DNA of 64,000 nucleotides, from positions 58,519 through 122,518 of IMG/VR virus record IMGVR_UViG_3300009370_001603; one strand, given 5' to 3'. The notes beneath the pieces are model-generated. The model was not told where the DNA came from, made no database searches, and saw nothing but the letters and a program-made list of their open reading frames with translations. The stretch comes from a virus. Both the position numbers and the translations under genes were made by a program. Positions 1 through 10,200 of the stretch are shown here, piece after piece; the stretch's first letter is position 1, and each line of letters begins with the position of its first letter.

Positions 1-3000
1 CAATAAGGTTCTTTTTTCTTCGTATATAAGCTTACGACTAACCTTGGGCCTTTATAGTGATCTTGGTAAGCGTGTTTATGTTCATTGCAAAGATGGAAGG
101 TGGTCGGTTTGCACTCTGGCCATTGAATGTCATTATCGGCTCTGTGTTCAAGGACAGTTTCGACAACCAAGGCCTTGTCTTTAAAGTTGTACCCAATAGG
201 CAGACTCTTAGTTATTCTCTTAGCTACAGAGTGGAAGTTGTCCGACGTGTCGCTTAGGTGGAACCGCAAGAAGTCATTTTCGATTTGGGTGTGATAGGAA
301 ACGCCGCTACTAATCGTCGAGGGCCAAGAGTTCAACGATAGAGAGCTTTGATTCTCATATGGAATGCCGCTATGTTTCAGGTGGAAACTAATTAAATCTT
401 TTCCAGCCCTTTTTGTCCAATGGCTAAAGGCAGAGCTAAATGCATGAGTCTTGAAGTCACCTAACGCCCAGTCTGCTTGAGTATCTTCGTTTACGTAGTC
501 CCAGAGCTTGTACGTATCGTTACTGCTAGGCTCTCCCGGCTCAAAGAACTTAACCCTATGATTTTCCAAGAACTTCTGAGCTGTGACCTGTTTGTATGTC
601 GCGTCAGCATTGGTTTCTACAATGTTGGTTCCTGAGCCATATACGCCACTATTCCAAGTAGAGATTCCAAATTCGGTCAGTAGCATATTCATTCCAACGC
701 CAGAACCGTCAGAGTGACCAACGATTAAATTTGCACTATTAGTATGCTTTGTAAACTTACTAGAAGATGCTCTAAGTGTAGTCCAAACGCCGGAGTGGAA
801 TTCATTATCAGTATATAGTTTTAGCTTCTCGCTCTCATGATCATTATATGTGAGTATAACAGACAGTGGGTATTGATATCCGCTATACTTTACAGTGTCT
901 TGAACAGAGACCAATGTTCCGTCTGTGGCTTTAGCGTAACCGCATAAGTAGCCGTCTTTATAACCAAGGGCGAAATCCATGTCTGATGGCGTAGTCCATT
1001 TAGAGAAAAGTACGCCAGAGCTAAATAAATCATAAGTTGTTCCCGACACATCTATATCTGGTGTGAATCTCGTGAAGATAGAGAATCCTCCAGAGGCGTC
1101 AATATTACCAAAATTAACGTTCTGATTATGGCCAGATATTCTTACAACGTTATCAAGAGCATCGGCAATCATACCATATAATTCATGGTCTTCAAAATTG
1201 TGTGCCGGGGAGGTGGAAGACAATGCCGTCCAGTCTGTTGTTTTGTAGCTACTGGTGTGATTAGGTGCTTTTGTACTAAATATATTCTGAGTCTTAAATC
1301 TCCACCCGACATTCTTGTAAATCTCAGGCGTGGAATTAAATAGTCCACTTACTCCACCAAAGCCTGCTCCCAGCGATCTAGATTGAACATATTTTCCATC
1401 CATGTAGTCAAAGTTATAGAAACCGGACAGAAGGGGGAATTCAAGTAAAGGATTATAAAATCCAAAGCCAAACGCATCAGTATCGTATGGACCCTGAACG
1501 GTCCCCTCTAACCCCCTCCACCTTCTAGAGTAATTAGATTTAATGCTAGAGGGGGTGCTATAGGCATGTGGAATATTAGTTATAGTTGAAAGCGGGCCAT
1601 ATCCAGAACCGGCATTTATTATGCTGTCATTACCCTGCTTTGTGGACGGGAAGATTTTACCTTCAGATCTTCCGTCTTGTATTTTATCAAAACACTCTCC
1701 ACCCTGAATCTCAAGTTGTAGCGCGGCCTGTGGGGCATATCTAACCAGTAGATGGGCGCTGGCAATAGCGGCTCCGCTGGGGAGTGGGTATATGTCTAAA
1801 TACAAATGTTCAAGCATAGAGCTGACATTGTAATTTCTGGAAAGCCCGATCTCTACATCATCTTTGTATACCTTTAGTGGTACTTCATAGTCAGCAAAAT
1901 CTGTTGTATTAACTATTGGATATCTTGTCAGGGAATAATGGTCTCCCCCTAAGTTGCCGCTTGTCTCTAAATATTTTTCCCTCTCAGATATACTTCTGGT
2001 AGATAACGCTAAATCGTCATCGTTGTCATAGTATCCAGATATAACAGGGTGAGTGCCCTCGCTGGTTATGATCTCCCCATTAATCTGGACTGATGACGGG
2101 TTCTGTAAAAATCCGCTTGGAGCTTTTGTGATATTGAGGAGTTTGTCGTCGCTCCACCCAACAATGTCTAGCACATAGTCTCGGGAATCTGCTGCCTTCT
2201 TTGCCTTTACCTTTAGTGTAATAGACTCTATGGCCAAGAAGTTATTATCAAATCCAGCTTCAACTTTTCTTTCTGTTTGAAATGCTCCGCTCGGGTGGAA
2301 CCAAATTGGGCAAGTGTTTTGATCAAACTCGCACCCAAATGCTCCCCGCCTGATCTCATTAACAGGCCCGTGGCCATAGCCAAACTTTACAATCATCTTG
2401 CCAGAATCAAAATGAGGCCCAGTACTGTGCAGCTCGGCATAATCTAAGGTAGAATCAGTCTGCAATGCCTTGACAATCTGTTCAGAACCACATGTGTCCA
2501 AGTTATTACCAAGAATGCTAGAACTACCATCGTACATTGGCTTGTTCTTATGCTGCCACACACTACTTACTGCTGGGAAAATTCCACTATTACTTGCGTC
2601 AGCTAAGGCAAAGAACGACGGTAAGATTTTCTTTTCCAGTCTTCTCCCGTTTCGCGGAGTGTCTAGAAAGAGATTAAAATAGTCCTCTCGTCTTGGTCCA
2701 GTGTATGAACTCAGCCAGTCCCCACCGCTGTTACAAATTTCTATAGCAGAGATTCTTATGCTTTTAGTTGGATTAATTAAAGACTGGCCTTGCGTTGATA
2801 GCGGAGCACCGTCCAATGCTAGGTAATCATCATCATCCGCAACGGTCGTGTGCATTACATAGTCTTCTTCAAACCCTTCGTCAAATCCGGGGTCAAACGC
2901 ATCGTCTCTCGGTGTAACCTTTACCTCGAAAGAGAGTTGATAACCAGTGATTTGATGTGTGTGCGGTTGGTCACGACGCTCCCAGTCATACTGGTCTGCA

Positions 3001-4220
3001 AACTTATTTGTAATTGGTTTTAAAGAATATGTAGCATAGTTAACAAGAGTTTTATCGTTACTATAGTCTACATCGCCAAGAATGTTTATATCTTCATACT
3101 GAACCATCGCGTTCCCGGATGGGTCGGAAAAGGTAACGTTCTTAATCGTATAAAGCGGGGCTATTTTGGATTCATAGTTAGCCATCGGGGCAGATGCTCT
3201 AATCCGCAGTCTTGTCTGATCCGGCCTAATGTGGAAATCAGTTAACTCACTCTTGTACTGGAAATTGCCCTCAGTATGGTAGCCACTGGGGTGAATAAAA
3301 GAATTGGCGTCGTCGGCCAAAAGGACGCTTTGGCTAAAGGGGGTGTGATAATCCCCGGTAAAAACACCCTCATCTATAAATGTATAAAGATTTTGTTTTT
3401 CATTGGACGGACCAACGAACTGTTGCATCCCGGAATCAAGATCTAGATCTCCGCTAGGATAAAGCTTTTCTACGCATTTATAATCACCAAAGCTCCCGGC
3501 GAACTTGTCGAGATACGTTGGCATCAACGAGGAGGAAGTTTCAGCCTTCTGTTTGATGCTATAACTAGCGGTCATAACGCCGCTTGCGATCTCCCCGATA
3601 GCTGTGAGACCCGCGAGCATCCCGACTCTTCCGGATATCTTACCGTTAATCCCTGCTATACCATCTAATTCGGACTTTACCCCACGCGCCACTATCATGA
3701 TGGGGTTAGACTGTGTTGTGTATTTTAGAGTTGCTATACAGGTATACCCAACCAATGAGTCGCAAATGTTTATTGGCGAAGGGTCGTTTACATCTTGATC
3801 TAATGAGTATTCTATGTCAAGAATATTTACCTTAACACCATTGGATAGGGTCTTCAATCCAATATATTCGTATACAATGTACTCGTAGGCCCCACTATCA
3901 TTTGTTAGTACAACGGTGTCGCCAATTAATGGGGGTGCCGCTTCAAATGTTTCGGACAGAATTACATAAATTCTATATATTGGCCCCTTTGAGTCAACTT
4001 CAAGGTTGGAACCGGGAGGGGGTGTTACGCGATAGCGGAACTCTTTGTCAACTACGCTTTTTGGAGAAGATAGCTTTCCATAGCCATAGGATCTAGAAGT
4101 TCTTAGGTTAGATGTGCCACTCATCTTAGCTTTAAAAACGCCACCTTGCGCGTCCACATTCTTAGCCGTGGCGTCTTTTACGCATAAGCACTCTAAGTTC
4201 TTGACATTTATATGCGACAT
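1..4220 (-). CDS. Large tail/virion protein with LamG (concanavalin A-like) domain; 3' end runs off the window (>=1406 aa)
   Basis: ATG at 4220 (MSHINVKNLECLC). The frame is open where I translated it (4220-3870, ~1120-650, 60-3) and is absent from the ORF track, consistent with no stop inside the window. LamG-like stretch VNFGNIDASGGFSIFTRFTP..GVLFSKW..FALGY..LKLYTD..LIVG. Lies directly downstream of the tape measure. Confidence 0.75.
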   Translation of the reverse strand, partial: MSHINVKNLECLCVKDATAKNVDAQGGVFKAKMSGTSNLRTSRSYGYGKLSSPKSVVDKEFRYRVTPPPGSNLEVDSKGPIYRIYVILSETFEAAPPLIGDTVVLTNDSGAYEYIVYEYIGLKTLSNGVKVNILDIEYSLDQDVNDPSPINICDSLVGYTCIATLKYTTQSNPIMIVARGVKSELDGIAGINGKISGRVGMLAGLTAIGEIASGVMTASYSIKQKAETSSSLMPTYLDKFAGSFGDYKCVEKLYPSGDLDLDSGMQQFVGPSNEKQNLYTFIDEGVFTGDYHTPFSQSVLLADDANSFIHPSGYHTEGNFQYKSELTDFHIRPDQTRLRIRASAPMANYESKIAPLYTIKNVTFSDPSGNAMVQYEDINILGDVDYSNDKTLVNYATYSLKPITNKFADQYDWERRDQPHTHQITGYQLSFEVKVTPRDDAFDPGFDEGFEEDYVMHTTVADDDDYLALDGAPLSTQGQSLINPTKSIRISAIEICNSGGDWLSSYTGPRREDYFNLFLDTPRNGRRLEKKILPSFFALADASNSGIFPAVSSVWQHKNKPMYDGSSSILGNNLDTCGSEQIVKALQTDSTLDYAELHSTGPHFDSGKMIVKFGYGHGPVNEIRRGAFGCEFDQNTCPIWFHPSGAFQTERKVEAGFDNNFLAIESITLKVKAKKAADSRDYVLDIVGWSDDKLLNITKAPSGFLQNPSSVQINGEIITSEGTHPVISGYYDNDDDLALSTRSISEREKYLETSGNLGGDHYSLTRYPIVNTTDFADYEVPLKVYKDDVEIGLSRNYNVSSMLEHLYLDIYPLPSGAAIASAHLLVRYAPQAALQLEIQGGECFDKIQDGRSEGKIFPSTKQGNDSIINAGSGYGPLSTITNIPHAYSTPSSIKSNYSRRWRGLEGTVQGPYDTDAFGFGFYNPLLEFPLLSGFYNFDYMDGKYVQSRSLGAGFGGVSGLFNSTPEIYKNVGWRFKTQNIFSTKAPNHTSSYKTTDWTALSSTSPAHNFEDHELYGMIADALDNVVRISGHNQNVNFGNIDASGGFSIFTRFTPDIDVSGTTYDLFSSGVLFSKWTTPSDMDFALGYKDGYLCGYAKATDGTLVSVQDTVKYSGYQYPLSVILTYNDHESEKLKLYTDNEFHSGVWTTLRASSSKFTKHTNSANLIVGHSDGSGVGMNMLLTEFGISTWNSGVYGSGTNIVETNADATYKQVTAQKFLENHRVKFFEPGEPSSNDTYKLWDYVNEDTQADWALGDFKTHAFSSAFSHWTKRAGKDLISFHLKHSGIPYENQSSLSLNSWPSTISSGVSYHTQIENDFLRFHLSDTSDNFHSVAKRITKSLPIGYNFKDKALVVETVLEHRADNDIQWPECKPTTFHLCNEHKHAYQDHYKGPRLVVSLYTKKKEPY

Positions 4221-4238
4221 TATTGTTCCTAAAATCCT

Positions 4239-7200
4239 CTACGAAGGCAACGTTGATTCAGAACGCGCGCTACCACCGCCCTCGGTGTTTTTCCATTTTG
4301 GAATTTCCTGAGCGACAGCATCTAGGGTAGCACTCATTATTTTTTCATCTATAACCTTTAATATGTTATCATTAAGAAGTCTTACGTTTACATCTACTGG
4401 CTTATTGACCGTTACACCAATTTCCATCTTACCCAGTGATGTTACAGCGTCTGAGAATCCGTCAAATATGGATCTAAGGTCGCCAACGGTTTCAACAAAT
4501 CCGCCCATCTGCTTGACCATATCTCCAAACTGATAGTATCCCACGGTGCCTCCTGAAGACATGGCGGCAGCGCCAGCTGGCCCAGCGTTCACAGTAGACC
4601 CATTACCATTCATGGCCCTCAAGAGTTGTAGGTTATTACCACGCTGCACCGCTGCTCTGTTAACGACAAACTCTCCGGGAGTCAACATGGCGGGTACAGT
4701 ATCTGTGCCTCTTGGTACGAATATACCTCTACTTGCGTATACCATTCCCCCTTTAGATAGTGGTAAACCCGCATCGGCGCGTTCTTGCTTTTTACCGGCC
4801 CGTTCCATCTCTTCTTTAAATTTAATCTCGGCTCGTTCAATCGTAAGCTCTGCGTTGGCAATTTCCATCATGGCACTATCTGCCATCATCTGGCTGACCT
4901 GACCACCGGCGGCGGCGAGCGCTTGCCCTTTATTTCTTAACGCATTTAGTTCCTCTGTAGTTCCTGTTAGTACTTGTCCAGCTCTTTCATCTAAGCCAAC
5001 GGACGAAGCAGCAATTTCACCTGCACGCTGTAGCGTTGCCGTATCTGCACCCTCTGCTTTCAACAGCTTAATCCCCTCCGCCATAGCCTGCGGACTAAAC
5101 ATTCCAGCCATTTCAGCATCGCCAGTTCTTAGGGCGGATGCTGCTCCGGCTGCGGCCTGTTGATCTAAAAAGCCACCTATGTCTCCACTGAGTAATTTAT
5201 CAATAGAAGATTGTTCTAATGAATTTCTCTTCTCGATAATCGCTATTTGATCTTTAGTCGCCTGAATTTGTGCCTGAATAAATCCAACCAAGTCTTTCAT
5301 TGACTGATTGGTTTCTTTAATCCTGTCAGCGTCTATACCTTGAGTATCCTGAAATCCACCAGTGGCCCTATCAATTTGCTGCTGGTTCATACGGCTTTGA
5401 ATATTAGATGCTACGCTTTGTATATCAGCCACGCTACCAGTTCTTAGTTGCTGAACTCCAGCGTCTTTAGCCCCAAGATTAAACTTAGCTAAGTTGGCAG
5501 AAAGCTTTTGATCTGCGGTTAATTTAGCGCCACCAAATTCTTCAAACGTTTTAGCGAACTGTAGTTGTGCATCAATAGCCTGTCTTTGTACCGCTATGTA
5601 TTGAAGTTCTGCCTGTCTTCTTATCGTTGTTAGCTTTGTTATTGTTTGCTCGTGTTTCAATAACGCCTTGGCTGCCTTTAGGGCGCCGTCCCTCATCGGT
5701 CCCAAGCCCTTAGTTATCTCAGCAATCAACGCGGAGGCATCTTTACCTCTAATGTCGCCCATCGCAGCGATTTGTCCCTGTATGGACGCTCTGATATCAG
5801 CATCTTTAACCCCGGCTAATAGGGCAGATTCTAATGATTGCTTTGCGGCGGCTTCAGTGCCCTGATTAAGATCCAAGTTACTAACGCGGCTCTGTACAGA
5901 TGCCATAAATTTATTTGCGGCATCGGCTCTAGAGAACTGACGATTTACAGCTTTACCTTGAGCTGTTGTTTCATCGCCACCAGCCGCAACTTTTATTATC
6001 CGTTGCCTTATACTCTCTAGCGCAGCAGACCCTTCACCGCCCATACCCATATTTGATGAGGCAGTCTCAACTGTGGCAATGGAATCTGCCAGTGTGGAAG
6101 AGCCGGTTTTTAGCGAATTTAAGAATTGGTCAACACCAAGATTTGCTTTATTAAATGCAGACATTACTTTGAGATTATCAAAGTTAGCCTTGGCTAAAGC
6201 TCTTTGAGCTTCTGCAACATTAAAGGCTGTTCTGGCCATTCGCTCAAGTTGATCTTTAGTATAGGCAGTCTTGTTACCCAAAGAGGCAAGGCCTTTCTGG
6301 AGATCTGCCATTGAGCCTGCCGTTGAGCCGAGCGATGTAACGAATTTCTTTTCGCCCTCTTTGAGGCTCTTCTCAACTTCCATTCGTGTTTTTTCGTCAG
6401 CTTTAACGCCACTCTTTGTCGTCTTGTCGAGTTCGGCTAGGGCATCTCTGGAAGAACTTCCAATGACCTCACCAAGCTGGCTCATGTCTGTGACTTTGCC
6501 CTCATCCAAGGCCTGAAAAGCCAGTTCATTACGGACGCGAGCGCCTTCGCCAGCTGCTCGGGCGCCCTTGTTTTGTACATCTTGGGCCATACGTTTCCGC
6601 ATCCCCTCGGGGTCTTGGAACATTTCTATCATTCCGCCTAGCGTAAACATTCGGCCCATTCCTTCGGCCACAGCGCCCGCTCTGGCGTGTTTGGCTGCCC
6701 CCGAAACATCACCCTTACCAACAGCTTGCTCAGACTTTCTTTGGGAAATCTCCGAAAGTGCGCTCGCAAGCATTTGGGCCGCCATTCCGGCCATCATCCC
6801 TACGCCACCAATCCCGGACCCCATGCTCATGGCTCGGCCACCCATCCTTCTCCCCAAGCCGGGGCCACCGGCGCCGCCGCCGCCCATGCCAGCCATCTTC
6901 ATCCGCTTCATGTCTTTAGTAACCTTCTTGACGGCCATGTCGGCGCCTAGGGTTTCTTTTTTGAGCCTGCTAGTGTTTCGAGTCAGATGTTGTGTTGTTA
7001 CGGTCGCCCTTCTCTTGGTCGAAGCCCCGAGATTTTCGGCATTGGCCTGCGCCATGATCTCCTTTTTCTGCCTCCGGGCGGCTCGGCCAGACTTAGTCAT
7101 CCAGCCAGTGAGCGCTGAGAATGTGCGGGAGAGCACAGAACTCTCTTTCCCTGCTTGTCTAGCTGTGATACTGTTTATTTGTTGAGTGCGATTCAGATTC

Positions 7201-10200
7201 CTTTGTCTGCCCTCCAGTATTCTGGTGGATTGAACAAGCCGCTTCCCTGCGGTAGTTACTTTATCAAAGAGTCCAGCCTGTTTTGTTTGAAGATTGGATA
7301 ACTTCCTTTGTGAACCCGCCAGCTTGTTGTTGGCAGAATCGCTCTTCCTCTTCGTCCTGTCTAACTTAACATCACTCGCCTTCACCTTTTCATTTGCTTG
7401 GACTAACTTGCTGGCAGTGGTTATCCTCGTTTTCGTGGCTTTATCAATCCGAGCATCACTCTTTGCGAATGCAGCCGCAAGGTCTTTATTGGCACCCTGA
7501 ACATCTTTTACTTTTTTATTAGCTTTTGTTAACTCTTTAGTCGCGCCCCTCTGGACTTGCTTTGATTTCCTTAGAGCTTTAGCTGCATCAACCGTCTTTT
7601 TCTTTTGGTCTGCGGTGGCCTTTGAATTTTTATTCCTTGCATTCTTTAGTTCGTGCTCTCTCTGTTCAAGCTTATTGATTGACGCCTCGGTTTTTTTGCG
7701 TTCATCGGACCCCTTCTCTTGGGTCATGGCCTTTTTCTCTAAGTTTTGCCTGTTCTCCTTATGCCCCGCTAGATCTTTATCTATCTTCGCATTCTTCTTC
7801 GCTTCGCTTGCTTCCGCACCTTCAAGCAAGTTCTTTTCTTTGTTGAGCTTGCCTTGGTCTTTTCTCACTTGCTCGTCCGCCGCCGTTTTGTCGAGTCCTG
7901 CTCGTGCTGATTCGCCCGATGCCGCCATACTCTCTTTGTCAGTGTTTATTTGTTGTTCTTTGAGTGATTCCCTCTCGGCGTGAGCCGATTTTTGTTCAGC
8001 CGCCGCCGCATTATCATCAGTCTGTGCGGTTATTCGCTCATTGTGCGCATCTTGATTCATTTCCCGTTCTACATCGAGATCTTTTTTCTTCTGATCGGCG
8101 TTGGCTTGCTTACCAGCGACCTCCTCTTTTTGAGTGTCAATAGCCGTCTGCCCCGCCGACTCTGCTTCTTGAGCAGCTTTAAACTCTTCTTTGGAAGCCG
8201 CCTGTTGATTCTCTGCTCTTTCAAGTTTTTTCTGCTCTTTAGCTTCTTTTGCCGCACCTTCCTTCAGCTTTGCGTCTTGTTCTGCTTCAGCTTGCGCTTT
8301 GGCTGATTGGGAAGGCTTCTGCTCTTCAGCATCCACCTTGGCGTCCTTCTTGGCTTCTCCCGCATCCTTCTTGTCTTCTGCCGCCTCCTTCTTGGTTTCG
8401 CCATCTTCCGATCCACCCTCTTCCTTCCCTTTTCCTGCTGCTATCTCCCGACCTTTCTCTATACCCTTCATCGTCAGCATGAACACCACTCCAGCCGACA
8501 TTAGTAGTTGACTGGCTTTTTCACCAGCAACGGCCATTGCGAATTGTGAGTCAGTAGCTTCTTTAGACTTATCTCCTAAGTTCTGGAGAGCGGTCGATGC
8601 CGCTCCAGCAATAATTGAGAGATTCATCAGGCCCATACCGCCGCCGCCGCCGACACCCCCGCCTCCTGCGAACTTCTGAATACCAACTGCGCCACCGGCG
8701 TTAAATCCAGTAACGCCTCTTTTGTTCATTCGGTTAAGACTCGCGTAACCAATGCGTTGGGCAGATTTTTTATTAACTACAAATTCGCCCGGAGTAAGAA
8801 GGGCGGGTACGGTGTCTCTACCAGATATGCCACCACCGCCAGCTTTCTTTTTGGGTGAGGCCAAGCCACTAGCGTAGAATTCATCGGCAATTTGATTCGC
8901 AACTTTGGTCCTAAAGTTAGCCTTGCTCGCTTCTTTATAGCTAGTCTTGGCGTCAACCCAAGATCCGGGGAGGCCAGAGAAGTTATCAGCTAGGGCGCCG
9001 CCAATACCGCCGGGGAAATCAAATGGAGAGCTAACTTGATCTGCTCTAAATTTACCCTTACCATCTAAAACAGAAACCGCCGCCTCAAACGCATTGCCCA
9101 TTGGTGCTCCGCGTTTTGCCATGTGGCCAATAAACTCTTGCTTAGAAGCGTCGTCTAATTTTTGAGCACCTATACCAAGGTCTGCACCAAGTGCCGCCGT
9201 AGCATGATCTAATCCCACAGCCATTCCATCGAGAATGTTTTTCTTAAAGCTATCAGAAGTTTTCTTGTTTAATCCTTTTCTGGTGAGTGAGTATTTTCTA
9301 CCATTGAAGAATTGACTGAGGTTCTTTTGTGCTAACTTGTCTGCTTTTAATCTTCTATTGTTCTTAACGTTTGCTTGACTAATATTTCCAAGATCTACCT
9401 TGCTCTTCTCTGGCTCGTCTGGATCTAAGATGGCGGCACCGACCCTTGTGGTGCCAACAATACCGCCAGCAGCAAATTTCCCAATTCTGAGTCTACCCTT
9501 TTTATCGAGGGCTTTAGCTAGTACCTTGTCTTTGCCTGCTGCTTTTTTCGACGCGGCAGTTAACTGAACAGGTGTTATGTCTTGGTATAGCCACGCTTGA
9601 CCTAAATCAAATTTATTGGCCGCGTCAGTTAGTCTAGCTTCGGTCAGCTTGGGCACAACTTTTCTGTCGATACTACTCATGGGGCTGAGAGCCGCCCCGA
9701 TCATCTTATCGCCAATGTTCTTTTCTAGATCTCTTGCTGATTGTTTCTCATAACTCTTGATTTCTACCAGTTTGTTGCCATCCATAGCATCCATTCTTGA
9801 GCTACCACCGGCGGTTTTTGCTATACCGAGGGAATTCAGCAAACCTTCAAATGCTAAACCTCTTGCTTGGTGTTTCCTATTAGCGGCTAGCTTTTGGTAT
9901 TTATTGAATTTCGCCGTCAGGCCTTTGTCTGCCTCTATTCTCTTTTTGTACTGATTAAGATTAATGCCTCTTTTCTGTAGGTCTAGCGAGAATGAATCGT
10001 CTTCATTGAATCTGGTGGCTCCGGAACCTCTGACTGGGGCCGTGTTGAATTTCTTGCCTTTACCTTTATAGAAGGTTTCATCTTCATATTTTACATAGCC
10101 CTTTGAAGAGGGAAAACTAGAAACCTGTCCACCAGCAGCATATTTGTTCATGCCTGCAAGCCGTCCAGCACCAAGCTTTCTAACGCTACTCTTGCGTATT

